Shown: piece by piece, positions 25,249 to 39,029 of the stretch | Position numbering within the stretch: the stretch's first letter is position 1 | Layout of the letters: each line of letters opens with the position of its first letter | From: Eledone cirrhosa | Lineage: Eukaryota | Direction: 5' to 3' | DNA: 64,000 bases | Assembly (NCBI GenBank): GCA_964016885.1 | Contig: OZ024746.1 | Location: forward strand, 32,302,001-32,366,000 | The notes under the pieces: model-generated | Seen by the model: the letters and a program-made list of their open reading frames with translations, nothing else | Told to the model about the DNA's origin: nothing | The model's database searches: none | Program-made: the position numbers and the translations under genes

Positions 25249-28200
25249 GTAAGCTCACACGCTGCCTCGTTCACACAGGTAAGCTCACACGCTGCCTCGT
25301 TCACACAGGTAAGCTCACACGCTGCCTCGTTCACACAGGTAAGCTCACACGCTGCCTCGTTCACACAGGTAAGCTCACACGCTGCCTCGTTCACACAGGT
25401 AAGCTCACACGCTGCCTCGTTCACACAGGTAAGCTCACACGCTGCCTCGTTCACACAGGTGAGCTCACACGCTGCCTCGTTCAGACAGGTAAGCTCACAC
25501 GCTGCCTCGTTCCCACAGGTGAGCTCACACGCTGCCTCGTTCCCACAGGCATGCTCTCACGCTGCCTCGTTCAGACAGGTAAGCTCTCACGCTGCCTCGT
25601 TCAGACAGGTAAGCTCTCACACTGCCTCGTTCAGACAGGTAAGCTCTCACACTGCCTCGTTCAGATAGGTAAGCTCTCACGCTGCCTCGTTCAGATAGGT
25701 AAGCTCTCACGCTGCCTCGTTCCCACAGGCATGCTCTCACGCTGCCTCGTTCAGACAGGTAAGCTCTCACGCTGCCTCGTTCAGACAGGTAAGCTCTCAC
25801 GCTGCCTCGTTCAGACAGGTAAGCTCTCACGCTGCCTCGTTCAGACAGGTAAGCTCTCACGCTGCCTCGTTCAGATAGGTAAGCTCTCACGCTGCCTCGT
25901 TCCCACAGGCAAGCTCTCACGCTGCCTCGTTCAGACAGGTAAGCTCTCACGCTGCCTCGTTCAGACAGGCATGCTCTCACGCTGCCTCGTTCAGACAGGC
26001 ATGCTCTCACGCTGCCTCGTTCAGACAGGCATGCTCTCACGCTGCCTCGTTCAGACAGGTAAGCTCTCACACTGCCTCGTTCAGACAGGTAAGCTCTCAC
26101 ACTGCCTCGTTCAGACAGGTAAGCTCTCACGCTGCCTCGTTCAGACAGGTAAGCTCTCACGCTGCCTCGTTCCCACAGGCATGCTCTCACGCTGCCTCGT
26201 TCCCACAGGCATGCTCTCACGCTGCCTCGTTCCCACAGGCATGCTCTCACGCTGCCTCGTTCCCACAGGCATGCTCTCACGCTGCCTCGTTCCCACAGGC
26301 ATGCTCTCACGCTGCCTCGTTCAGACAGGTAAGCTCTCACACTGCCTCGTTCAGATAGGTAAGCTCTCACGCTGCCTCGTTCAGATAGGTAAGCTCTCAC
26401 GCTGCCTCGTTCCCACAGGCAAGCTCTCACGCTGCCTCGTTCAGACAGGCATGCTCTCACGCTGCCTCGTTCAGACAGGCATGCTCTCACGCTGCCTCGT
26501 TCAGACAGGTAAGCTCTCACACTGCCTCGTTCAGACAGGTAAGCTCTCACACTGCCTCGTTCAGACAGGTAAGCTCTCACGCTGCCTCGTTCAGACAGGT
26601 AAGCTCTCACGCTGCCTCGTTCAGACAGGTAAGCTCTCACGCTGCCTCGTTCCCACAGGCATGCTCTCACGCTGCCTCGTTCCCACAGGCATGCTCTCAC
26701 GCTGCCTCGTTCCCACAGGCATGCTCTCACGCTGCCTCGTTCCCACAGGCATGCTCTCACGCTGCCTCGTTCAGACAGGTAAGCTCTCACGCTGCCTCGT
26801 TCAGACAGGTAAGCTCTCACGCTGCCTCGTTCCCACAGGCATGCTCTCACGCTGCCTCGTTCAGACAGGTAAGCTCTCACGCTGCCTCGTTCAGACAGGT
26901 AAGCTCTCACGCTGCCTCGTTCAGACAGGTAAGCTCTCACGCTGCCTCGTTCAGACAGGTAAGCTCTCACGCTGCCTCGTTCAGACAGGTAAGCTCTCAC
27001 GCTGCCTCGTTCAGATAGGTAAGCTCTCACGCTGCCTCGTTCAGACAGGTAAGCTCTCACGCTGCCTCGTTCAGACAGGTAAGCTCTCACGCTGCCTCGT
27101 TCCCACAGGTAAGCTCTCACGCTGCCTCGTTCAGACAGGTAAGCTCTCACGCTGCCTCGTTCAGACAGGTAAGCTCTCACGCTGCCTCGTTCAGACAGGT
27201 AAGCTCTCACGCTGCCTCGTTCAGACAGGTAAGCTCTCACGCTGCCTCGTTCAGACAGGTAAGCTCTCACGCTGCCTCGTTCAGACAGGTAAGCTCTCAC
27301 GCTGCCTCGTTCCCACAGGTAAGCTGACACACTGCCTCGTTCCCACAGGTAAGCTGACACACTGCCTCGTTCCCACAGGTAAGCTGACACACTGCCTCGT
27401 TCCCACAAGTAAGCTCTCACGCTGCCTCGTTCAGACAGGTAAGCTCTCACGCTGCCTTGTTCCCACAGGTAAGCTCTCACGCTGCCTCGTTCCCACAGGT
27501 AAGCTCTCACGCTGCCTCGTTCCCACAGGTAAGCTCTCACGCTGCCTCGTTCCTACAGGTAAGCTCTCACGCTGCCTCGTTCCCACAGGTAAGCTCTCAC
27601 GCTGCCTCGTTCCCACAGGTAAGCTCTCACGCTGCCTCGTTCCCACAGGTAAGCTCTCACGCTGCCTCGTTCAGACAGGTAAGCTCTCACGCTGCCTCGT
27701 TCAGACAGGTAAGCTCTCACGTTGCCTCGTTCCCACAGGTAAGCTCTCACGCTGCCTCGTTCCCACAGGTAAGCTCTCACGCTGCCTCATTCCCACAGGT
27801 AAGCTCTCACGCTGCCTCGTTCCCACAGGTAACCTCACACGGTGCCTCGTTCACACAGGTAACCTCACACGGTGCCTCGTTCACACAGGTAACCTCACAC
27901 AGTGCCTCGTTCCCACAGGTAACCTCACACGCTGCCTCGTTCCCACAGGTAAGCTCACACGCTGCCTCGTTCCCACAGGTGAGCTCACACGCTGCCTCGT
28001 TCCCACAGGTGAGCTCACACGCTGCCTCGTTCAGACAGGTGAGCTCACACGCTGCCTCGTTCCCACAGGTGAGTTCACACGCTGCCTCGTTCCCACAGGT
28101 GAGCTCACACGCTGCCTCGTTCAGACAGGTGAGCTCACACGCTGCCTCGTTCCCACAGGTGAGCTCACACGCTGCCTCGTTCCCACAGGTGAGCTCACAC

Positions 28201-29268
28201 GCTGCCTCGTTCCCACAGGTGAGCTCACACGCTGCCTCGTTCCCACAGGTGAGCTCACACGCTGCCTCGTTCCCACAGGTGAGCTCACACGCTGCCTCGT
28301 TCCCACAGGTGAGCTCACACGCTGCCTCGTTCCCACAGGTGAGCTCACACGCTGCCTCGTTCCCACAGGTGAGCTCACACGCTGCCTCGTTCCCACAGGT
28401 GAGCTCACACGCTGCCTCGTTCCCACAGGTGAGCTCACACGCTGCCTCGTTCCCACAGGTGAGCTCACACGCTGCCTCGTTCCCACAGGTGAGCTCACAC
28501 GCTGCCTCGTTCCCACAGGTGAGCTCACACGCTGCCTCGTTCCCACAGGTGAGCTCACACGCTGCCTCGTTCTGACAGGTAAGCTCACACGCTGCCTCGT
28601 TCCCACAGGTGAGCTCACACGCTGCCTCGTTCAGACAGGTAAGCTCTCACGCTGCCTTGTTCCCACAGGTGAGCTCACACGCTGCCTCGTTCTGACAGGT
28701 AAGCTCTCACGCTGCCTCGTTCTGACAGGTAAGCTCTCACGCTGCCTCGTTCAGACAGGTGAGCTCTCACGCTGCCTCGTTCTGACAGGTAAGCTCACAT
28801 GCTGCCTCGTTCCCACAGGTGAGCTCACACGCTGCCTCGTTCCCACAGGTAAGCTCTCACGCTGCCTCGTTCCCACAGGTAAGCTCTCACGCTGCCTCGT
28901 TCCCACAGGTAAGCTCTCACGCTGCCTCGTTCCCACAGGTAAGCTGACACACTGCCTCGTTCAGACAGGTAAGCTCTCACACTGCCTCGTTCAGACAGGT
29001 AAGCTCTCACGCTGCCTCGTTCAGACAGGTAAGCTCTCACGCTGCCTCGTTCCCACAGGTAAGCTCTCACGCTGCCTTGTTCAGACAGGTAAGCTCTCAC
29101 GCTGCCTCGTTCAGACAGGTAAGCTCTCACACTGCCTCGTTCCCACAGGTAAGCTCTCACGCTGCCTCGTTCCCACAGGTAAGCTGACACACTGCCTCGT
29201 TCAGACAGGTAAGCTCTCACACTGCCTCGTTCCCACAGGTAAGCTCTCACACTGCCTCGTTCACACAG
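25249..29268 (+). repeat. 30-bp minisatellite, exactly 134 units without indels: G(T/C)RAGCTC(A/T)CACGCTGCCTCGTTC(AC/AG/CC/TG)ACAG
   Basis: 4020 bp = 134 x 30; register is kept in every 60-nt line; variants occur in blocks; yields the 1356-aa TGKLSRCLVQ ORF. Confidence 0.98.
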
Positions 29269-30429
29269 ATATTTCTGTTTAAATGTTACCTTGCTTATTG
29301 TTTTGAATATAACAGGTGAAAAGTGTGTCGAGGGGGGATTGATATGAAGTAAACAAGATGACATATTAAGTTGCTATAGAAACAAAAATATATACAAATA
29401 TGTGTATATATACACTTATATACACACATACACATACATATATATACAGAGTATCATTCATTAGATTGAAGTTACATAAGGTTAGAGTTAATCATACATA
29501 ACAAAAGATAATATTTCGGTCATATGACTAAGAAGTTAGAAGACATATTTTTAGAAATATTTTGATAAAAATATTAATCATCACAATTGTAATTTTATTG
29601 TTGGTTTTTTCCAAATTTGCATGGGTTGGATGGGTTGTCACAGTCCAAGTTAGTATTTATTTGGGGTTACTTCTCTACTAGATGGGTTGGGGAACAACAT
29701 ATTGCTCTTTTTGGCATGATTTATCAAATGACCTTAACACTAACCACTTTACAGAGTGTACTAGGTGCATTTTATTGTGATACCAACACTATAAAGATTG
29801 CCATGTCTTGGATGTGACTAAAGAGTCCTCTCTACCCTATGTTGCTATCAATTAAACAGCAATGGCTCAGATATGGAGTTAGAAATGTAGTCAATATAAT
29901 AAACCAAATTGCTTAATTGATACCTAAGTCCAACCTTAAAAGGGTGAAAATAAAAAAGGTTGTCTCCAGCATGATTTGAACTCTGAATCTAAAGGATTAC
30001 AGCTAATTACAGCAAGCATGAAGACCACATAAAATTGACTTAGTTATTTCAGTAAACGTTCAGTAAAAAGTGAGTGAAAAAGCCAAACTTGAACAATCTG
30101 TCAACTCACTATATACAGACAATATCTATCCTGTATCTGTAACAAAAAAATAAAATGAATGTATTTTTCCTTTTTAAAAATACATCATTGATCTACAATA
30201 TCAGTAAGGATATATTTCACTTTTTAAACTAGCTATGGTTGGCTGATCATAATTTTCATTAGAATATTTTCTGCTTAGCTACCCTTTCTCTAGTATTAAA
30301 TATTAGTAAGAGGAGATATTTGATCAGGTTATCCGAACTAAAACATTTTCCTTTTCAAACTTCCCAACTTATGTTGTTTCCATTTCAGAGTTGTGACTTG
30401 TAGATGGGCAGAATTTAGATACTCTTAAA

Positions 30430-30720
30430 TACACTTCAGTCTCTGATCCACAAATGTGGTGTTTCTTCCCTCTGACTTTTCTACCACTACTACAATGGTC
30501 TCTGCTCCTCAGAAATTGTTGGTCTCGCGTCACAATCACTCAGGCATACCCCTCAACCTCTACTCATCACCCATGTATCCAACCATGCACTAACCACTTT
30601 ATCTCGTCCTTTCTCCTGAGAATGTTGGGCCTCTAGAAATCTTCCCCATCTCACATGTCTCTGCTTCCTCTTCATATCACACACACGTGTCCAACTCTAT
30701 ACTACCCAATACTCCGAATC
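30430..30720 (+). mobile_element. CR1/L2-group LINE ORF2 3' fragment, decayed
   Basis: Translates to GVSSL.LFYHYYNGLCSSEIVGL...CTNHFISSF, matching the remembered VASLSLFYRYY.G.CSSEL...RT..Y..SFFPRT motif. Confidence 0.7.
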
Positions 30721-30774
30721 ATTCCTGCCTAGAATGCTGATCCTCTGGAATTCCCTTCCAGTTCCTGTCTTTCC

Positions 30775-30955
30775 TACAGAGTGTATTGGGTGTATTTTAT
30801 CATGGCACCAACACTACCACTTCACAGAGTGTACTGGATGGATTTTATCATGACATCAGCACAATCACTTTCCAGAGTGTACTGGGAGTATGTTATGACA
30901 CCAGCACTACCACTTTACAGAATATATTGGGTCTATTTTATGACACTAACACTCG
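30775..30955 (+). repeat. ~42-bp degenerate tandem repeat derived from a SINE-A-type internal segment
   Basis: ACCACTTTACAGAGTGTACTGGGTG.ATTTTATCATGGCACCA units; same motif inverted at 35400-35560 and at 58085-58200 and 61095-61150. Confidence 0.7.
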
Positions 30956-32025
30956 AGAGGTTGTCAAATAATCAGCCAGACAGAAGAGTCATCACTACTT
31001 TACATTGCCTCTGTTTAATCATAAACCACATTACAATGCAAAAATATCCCTTTACCAGATCAACAAAAACAGTTTTATAATTTGCTGATATTTTTCCAAA
31101 TTTATTTTGTTCTTATAAAAGCAAAAGGTTATTCCATTCTTAATGAAACCACTTTACCCAGTACACTTTCATTCAAAACGATAATTTTAGGATAAATTTT
31201 GCAATTTGCTGTTTTTTTATTATTTTTATTTATTTTTGGTGAAAAAAAATTCTAAGTGTGATGTGAATGGTCTTTTCAGAAACTAGAGGGAAATAAAAAA
31301 AAAAAAAGGGGGTGAAAAAAATTAAATAAAATTTGATTCCAAACATAAAATATTTGCTAAGGTTAACATGGCAGAAAGTTGTGGAGAAAGATTGCAGAGA
31401 GTGGCAAGAAAATAGTTTTGTGAAATAAAAAATAATAATAATAATGCTGTTATGATGACAGACTCATGACATAAGGAGAAATTTATATGGTATGATAATA
31501 TAGAGAAAATAAACAAGACAATTATTAAAAGAGAATATATGGCGCTTAAATGTGGATTGAGGAGGTCAAAAATGGTTTTATGCGCTGCCACCGAAGACAG
31601 CTAAATTCATTAGGAAGACATCTGTAAAATTGAAGAGGTTTACCATACCAAATATCTGGTATGGTTCAACAAATCTAACAATTTAAATTCTGTAAGTTCT
31701 CCTTCACTGCTTCTACCATTTTCAGAATATACTCTAGAAGAATTAGAAGAGCAAACAAGACCATTATCATCATCATTATTATTATCAGCTTTACATGATT
31801 TTCCATGGTGGCATGAGTTAAAGGAGACATTTTGAAGCTGTATTCTATAGCCTGATTGGCATTCCCTTCCTGATGCCATTCTTTACTTTACACAGAATAT
31901 CATACATCTATCAGCTGAGCAATGGGATCTATGTTTACGCAGTACATAAACAAATATCACCATCTGAGGTTGAATACAAAGAGATAAGACAAACGTGACA
32001 CAGACATACACATAATTGTGAGTGT

Positions 32026-32360
32026 CATCATCATGATCATTTCATTTTACGTCCGCTTTTTCCCTGCTTGCAAGGGTGGGACGGGAACTGATGCTGGCTT
32101 GATTTCTACAGCTGGATGCCCTTCCTAACACCAACCTCATTTACAGTGAGTGCTGGGTGCTTTTTTGCCGTGGCACCTCCACGATCACTTTGCAGTGGAA
32201 TGATATGGATCCTAGTCCCTATCATCTCATTTCTACAGCTGAGTAAACTGGAGCAATGTGAAATAAAGTGTCTTGCTCAAGGAAACAACATCACCCGGTC
32301 TGAGAATTGAACTCCCAACCTTTCGATTGCAAGGCCAATGCTCTAACCACTAAGCCATGT
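32026..32360 (-). mobile_element. SINE family A, near full length
   Basis: Near-identical to 117-462. Confidence 0.92.
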
Positions 32361-32571
32361 GTATGTGTATATATATATATATATAATTAAGGATGGTATC
32401 TCAAAATCAATCAGGCAATAATCATAGTTAAATAAGGTATTCAATACATTAGTAGAGAATATTTTATATAGAAATGACTTCTACAGGACTAAAACTGTTC
32501 CATTCGTATAAGATGAAGAATGTCCTGGCATTTTCATATGAATGAAACCGTTCTAATCCTGTAGAAGTCAT

Positions 32572-32641
<70 letters not shown>

Positions 32642-33049
32642 AAGAGAGAGAGAGAGCGTGCGTGTATGTACGTATGCGTGTGTGTATGCGTGTGCACATA
32701 TGATGAGCTTCCTTTCAGTTTCTGTCTACCAATTTTTAACAAGGCGATTAGCCTGAGGCAACTATAGAAGACACCCAAAGTGTCATGCAGTGAAACAAAA
32801 CCCAAGTCAACATCATTACAAATCAAGCATCTTAACCTCCCAGTCATAGCTGCACCTCTTAATTCCACTCAATGTTATTTTCTTTAACAACTCTCAGAGA
32901 CCTGAAGTTAATACTACATGAACTTTCACACCAACTTTAGTTCAGACAACAAATGAAGCTGTATTTTATAAACATAGTAAAAGCAGAAAAGTTAGCTGTA
33001 TAGGAAAGTTGAAATAAAAACTGATGTAGTAGATTAAATTCTTTCTCAA

Positions 33050-33290
33050 TCTTGGTGAGACAGTAAACTAGAAAGAATTGTGAGAACATCGAATAGAATG
33101 CTTTGCAGTTTTTGTTCCGGGTCTCTCCTCTCTGAGTTCAAATCCCACCAAGCTAAGCTTTGCCTTTCAAGGTCGATAAGAAAAGGTACCAGTCCAGTAC
33201 TGGGACTCATTTTTCCCTGCGTCTCTCTCCTCCTCTGGAAGATCAGACCTGGAGGAATGGGCACTGCCAGGTATAAAATGTCTAAGACAT
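33050..33290 (+). mobile_element. Older B-related SINE with alternative tail
   Basis: TGAGTTCAAATCCCACC...TTTGCCTTTCA.GGTCGATAA..GTACCAGTC; similar old copies at 20440-20755 and 51165-51455. Confidence 0.6.
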
Positions 33291-34929
33291 CATATGTTTA
33301 TCAGAAGTTATGGATCCATATATACATAAAAGCTTGGCAGTTTATCAAACCAGGGATTTATACCAGTTTTTTCGATTCCAATAATGTTATTGAAATGTTA
33401 GCAGTCTTAAAAAGTGATAACTATTTGAACCTATGCCATAAATTTCACTACATACAGCCGTCATGACCGACTACTTTATACAGTTATCGTAATTATGTAG
33501 TCACCATAATAAGCTACTTTTATATGTTTCCAGATATATGATCAATAATTTAAAACTGTTCAATAATCTACTTGGTCATTTTGCTTCCATTGATTTTTTT
33601 TTACCCTTAGGTCAACCTCTTTAATGCTTTTTTCCTATCTACCTTTAATATTAATAAATATTGATTACATAATATTGATCACATGATCTTGAGGTTGAAC
33701 TACAACATACTGTCTCTGATGAGGTTATATGAATATGTATTAAAATAGATTAGGAAAGCCACAATACTGCAGAAATATTCTCCAGTAACTCACTAAGTAT
33801 GATTAATTATTTAATCAATGTTTTAAATGTCTAAACACCAAATTGCTTCTACACAATCACTAAAAATGGTCAATTTGGAAAATAATATAATAAATTGGCA
33901 CAATTTATAAATTGCCAGAGCAATCATTATCATCCATGCTGGCATAGGCTGGAAGGGTTACTTGTACTGGTATCAGCATTCTGATTTAAGCCAGATCCAA
34001 CTAGTGTATTTACAACATTACAGAGCCAGACCATGTATGATATTCCAAGATGTCCGACATTCGCCGAAAATGGGTTGAACCAGCTCCCACCAGAGTATCC
34101 ACAGCAGCACAATTCAAGGGCTACCCATGCAGAGTCAATCACTGACATCCAACATAGATATTGTCAGCCAGACACACTTTTAACAGTGGACACCATTAAC
34201 TCAAGTCAGATCTTGAGATAATGGCTGGTCTGAGCCAAGGATGGGTTGTCATGGTCAGAAACTAGACAGATCAGTGAACCAAGTCTTGCTCATGTGTTCC
34301 AAATTTGGCAGTGTTTCTTTCGCTGGACACCCTCCACAAATTTATTTGGTTTATTTTACTGATGATCTCATTGCACTTTTAATGGCAGTAAAAATAAACA
34401 ATTCTAGGTAGATCATCATCATCATGTTGTTGATGATGGTGGTGGTGGTGTTGATGGTGAGGTTGGATGTGTTGTTGTTAGTGTCTTGTCACTGTTAATG
34501 TTGCTGTGATGAAGATGTTGGTTATTGTTGTGATCACTTGATGTTGAAGGTGATAATGCTGCTGATGCTGATGTTATTGTGGTTACTTGATGATGATGAT
34601 GATTAAAATATATATATATATATATTTTTTTTTTCTATTACAAATTGTCAGAAAAGTTTAAGTGGCTTTTCTGAATCAGTTCAGTGTAAATTAGTTTTAC
34701 AAATAGTCTACATATTAAACATTTTTATTTATAGAACTGTATAGAGAGAGAGGGGGGGGGGGGGGGGGGGGGCTAGAGCTGGAGAGAGATGTAGAGAGGT
34801 GGATGGATAGAGAGAGAGAGAAAGAGAGGGGGAGCAATGGTGGATTAGTTTAAGTCGGTCAGATTAATATTACCATGCTGGTATGTGTTATATTAAAGGT
34901 GTTTGTACAATATATATGTGTGTGTGCTA

Positions 34930-34995
<66 letters not shown>

Positions 34996-35916
34996 CTATA
35001 TACACACTAAGTTGTTTCTAGAAAGTTGATATTAAGGTGAAACTATCTTGTTGAGACAGCACATTGGGGTCATCTTTAACATTTGTAATTAGTAATTTTG
35101 GTCAAGGTCACACAGCAAATAATGAACAGACCAGATCATCTCTCTCTCTCTCTAGATTCACACATATGTAAACCTGAGAGAGTAGAGTATTTAAGTAATT
35201 AAGTACTCAGGTGGAACTTTCAGCACTGCTGTTCAAATATTAACTATTGATCCACAAAGATATTTAATATTACATATATCTGACATTGTTTCTACAGGGC
35301 CACTTCATCCACACTCATAGCCTGATCCACCCCCACTCCAATCCTTGCTCCACTTCTTCACTATCCCCCTCCCTTCCTGAGTTTTAATATCATACTGGAA
35401 TGTATACAGTGCACTCTGCAAGTGGTGCCACAATAAAATGCACCCAGTACATACAGTGATGTGGTACAGCTGGTACTATGATGAAATGCATCCAGTACAC
35501 TGTGAAAAAGTGATAGTACTGGTGCCACAATAAAATGCACCCAGTATATGCTGTAAAGTGATTGTTGCCGACACAGGCTTACATTCATCAAGTTCTAGTT
35601 ATTTTAGTGTGTTCTGTTACATGTAAGTTTCATATAAAAATCATGTGGATTTAGCACTGATAAAATACTTCATGAAAGCCTACATTTCATATCTGGTCTG
35701 AGTATTATCAGGATTCAAACCTATATTTCAAATGTGAGCCTATTAACAGCTTTTCACAAGCCTGATAGTTAAACATAGCTAGTCCCATATAACAAATCTG
35801 ATCAAACAGACAATTCTTTCACCGTTTCATAGGACAAACATTTAAAACATTTAAGATAGAAACAGTATAGCATGTGAAGACCTTTCTGGATCAATGGATT
35901 GGACTTCCCTCTAGAA

Positions 35917-36108
35917 CAGCAATGGGCAACCTTTTTCGAGTAGTGGGCGTCATAGGATATGACTCATTATAAGATGGGCCACATAGGATATGGCTCATCA
36001 TAAGGTGGGCTGCATTATTAAAAAATTCAAGGCAATCGTGAAATTAGGCATGCAATTCAAAAAGCCAAATTGCAAAAAGCCAAATTGGCCACAGTTTGCC
36101 CTTGACTG
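35917..36108. mobile_element. hAT/Charlie-like MITE
   Basis: CAGCAATGGGCAAC ... TTTGCCCTTGACTG imperfect TIRs; CTAG-centred 8-mers on each side (CTCTAGAA / AACTAGGT). Confidence 0.6.
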
Positions 36109-36515
36109 AACTAGGTCTTCTAAACATTTCCATAAACCTACATTCAACCCTACTTATCAGATATATACCACAGAAGACAGTAAAAATCAAACACGACTTT
36201 CAAAAACATACCTCAACCCTCCTGACAACAACAACAAGATACACTTGATGAACAGAGTTAGACAAAAACAGAGACTGAAAGAAAGCTAAATGTTAACATT
36301 TTAATTTTTTTTTTTAAATATATTTTATCAGAAATCCTCTTAACATGCCAGGTATTGATTAATTGAGAGGTAAGTGATAAGATAAGTGTTTAATTAAGTT
36401 TAATTACCATTCCATTGATCTTTAAAAAAGAGGAGGGGAAGGTCACCGACCAGTTTTAAATGACCTAGGACATTTATAGTTGAAAAGAATAATGAAGCAA
36501 TCAGAAAATCAGGAC

Positions 36516-36847
36516 ATCATCATTTTACATCCGCTTTTCCCTGCTTGCAAGGGTGGGACTGGAACTGATTCTGGCTTGATTTCTACAGCTGGATGCCCTT
36601 CCTAACACCAACCTCATTTACAGTGAGTGCTAGGTGCTTTTTTGCTGTGGCACCTCCACAACCACTCTGCAGTGGAATGATAGGAACCCCAGCCCCTATC
36701 ATCTCATTTCTACAGTTGAGTAAACTGGAGCAATGTGAAATAAAGTGTCTTGCTCAAGGAAACAACACATCACCCGGTCTGAGAATTGAACTCACAACCT
36801 TTCGATGGCAAGCCCAATGCTCTAACCACTAAGCTATGTGGCTCCAT
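36516..36847 (-). mobile_element. SINE family A, full length
   Basis: Near-identical to the other family A copies. Confidence 0.92.
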
Positions 36848-38186
36848 GTTTTTATTTTTTAAAAATGTGTAAGATTTCAGATTAAATCTACCACCCAAGT
36901 AAGCCAGAGAAGATTTGAAAAGAGATCGGAGAGAGACAGAAGAAATATATACAAGGTGATTTCAATAAGATTTGAACTCGAAGTACAGACAATCGGAACA
37001 AATAGTGAGGCATTTAATCCACCACACTATTGAGTGCCAATCCACCACACTATGTGTGTAAATACAGAAAATACTGACCACACTGGAAAGATGGTGGATT
37101 AATTGAAGAAACAAAAACACAAGGAATAGGTGAAACTATATTTATTTATGCTGACACAAATGTCATTGTTTATTTACAAATCCAGTTCATTAAAGCAGTT
37201 GTCAAATTTTCGATTCTATCATTTAACTATTCTAAAATAATTTCCTCTTTAATGCTTAGTTAGGAGGAAATGGCAGTGTCCAGCCCATGACATATTTCAG
37301 GGCCTTTGACAGAGGTGGGCAGGAGAGAAACCTCGCCAGACCAAGGCCCCTAAACTGAGTCACCATGGTTCCAATAAATCCCCTTGTACCTATCTCCATA
37401 TTTGCCCTAAATTAAGGGCTGAGGTTCAAAAATAATTCTCAATAGAAATTTTACACTTTGTTGGAGAAAAAAAACAAACCTAGTGGAAATTGGCAGCAAC
37501 CCTAAATTATGTTTTTGGTCTTCTTAAGACCCCCCCCCCCCCCAAAAAAAAAACAAAGCCAATCATTAAATCTGACCAAGGAAACAGTGCTCCCATTAGT
37601 ATTTCCATTGCTGATACTATCTGCAGGTCACAACAGAATTTTAAGTCAGGGTACAGAGACCCAGATCAGATACTACGAAGTGTCCTGTCTGACTAACAAT
37701 TCTTGCCAATCCAACACCCCAGGACTGATTCTTTATTTTACTGATCCTGAAGTGATAAAAGATAAAGTTGATCTCACCAGGATTTGAACTCGGATTGCAA
37801 AGATCCAGAATGAATGCTAAGACATTTGATCCATCTCTAATGACTGCCAATATTTCACCTCAGTTCATTTTATCTATAAATAGTTTTAATTAACGATATG
37901 TTCATTGGTGCAAAACAAAACTAATATAGCTTTCTTTATTACAATTTTTTTTTTTTTTTTTTTACTTGTTCCAGTCAGACTGTGACCATGCTGGGGCACC
38001 ACCTTGAAGAGATTTAGTCAATCATAACGACCCACAGTACTTATTTTATTGATCTCTTTTTTAACGAACTAAGTTATGGGACATAAACATAGACACATAC
38101 ATAAATGTGTGTGAGTGTAGAGAGAGAGTGTGGTGCCGAGACCAGGAAGACTACATAAAAAAAAAAAAAAATCTACCTTTCTTCTT

Positions 38187-38374
38187 GGCGGTTTGGCAGT
38201 ATCAGTAAAGCATTGGACAACAAACTTTGCGGGATAGAATTATGGCCCTTTATATTCTGAGTTCAAAACCTGCCGAGGTTAACTTTGCCTTTCATCCTTA
38301 TGGGGTCGATGAAATAAAGTACCAGTAATGCACTGAGGTAATTGCTGGCCTTGTGCCAAAAGTAGAAACAATTA
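38187..38374 (+). mobile_element. SINE family B
   Basis: TTGGCAGTATC head; GCCTTTCATCCTTATGGGGTCGAT block; AGTAGAAACAATT end. Confidence 0.85.
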
Positions 38375-39029
38375 CTGTTGCATTGTGAAATACAAAGGTT
38401 GGTTTACTTGGCCTGAAGTCAACAGATAAAGGTAGGACGGACAGACAGAAAATACTGTTACTACACATAACAAATATGGGACCATGACAAACTAAGGCAT
38501 CGATGGCTCGCTTCACTGGAGCAGCTCCTTACAGAGAAGTGGAATAACCAACAAAACTGAACCAGATATACACACATACATACAAAGAGAGGGATGTATA
38601 TATATATATATAAAGATATCATCATCACTGTTTAATGTGCATTTTTCCACACTAGCATGGGTTAGACAAGCTGTCCTGATGTGACCTAAGCCAGAGCAGA
38701 TGACTGTGTCTGGTTTGCTCACACTGAACCGATTTTGGCTTGGTTTCTACAGCTGGATGCCCTTCCTAATGCTAATCACATTTACAGTGTGGACTGAGCG
38801 CTTTTTGTTGTGGCACCAAAAACAAAACACACGTATATATACATACACACATATATACATACACACACACACACATGCATACATATATACACACATATAT
38901 ATATATATACATATGTACATACACATATACACATATTTTAACCATACTCTTTTAACCATCTTTTGATCTTATATATATATATATATACACATACACATAT
39001 GTACAAATACATATTTATAATATATATAT

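Noticed and set aside
25212-29282. 1356-aa ORF as a conventional gene or zinc-finger protein (HTGE/HTGK)
   Set aside because: It is a stop-free 30-bp minisatellite; the ATG lies at an RTE remnant; unit variants are mostly non-synonymous; no CxxC...HxxxH spacing. Kept only as part of the splice-array hypothesis.
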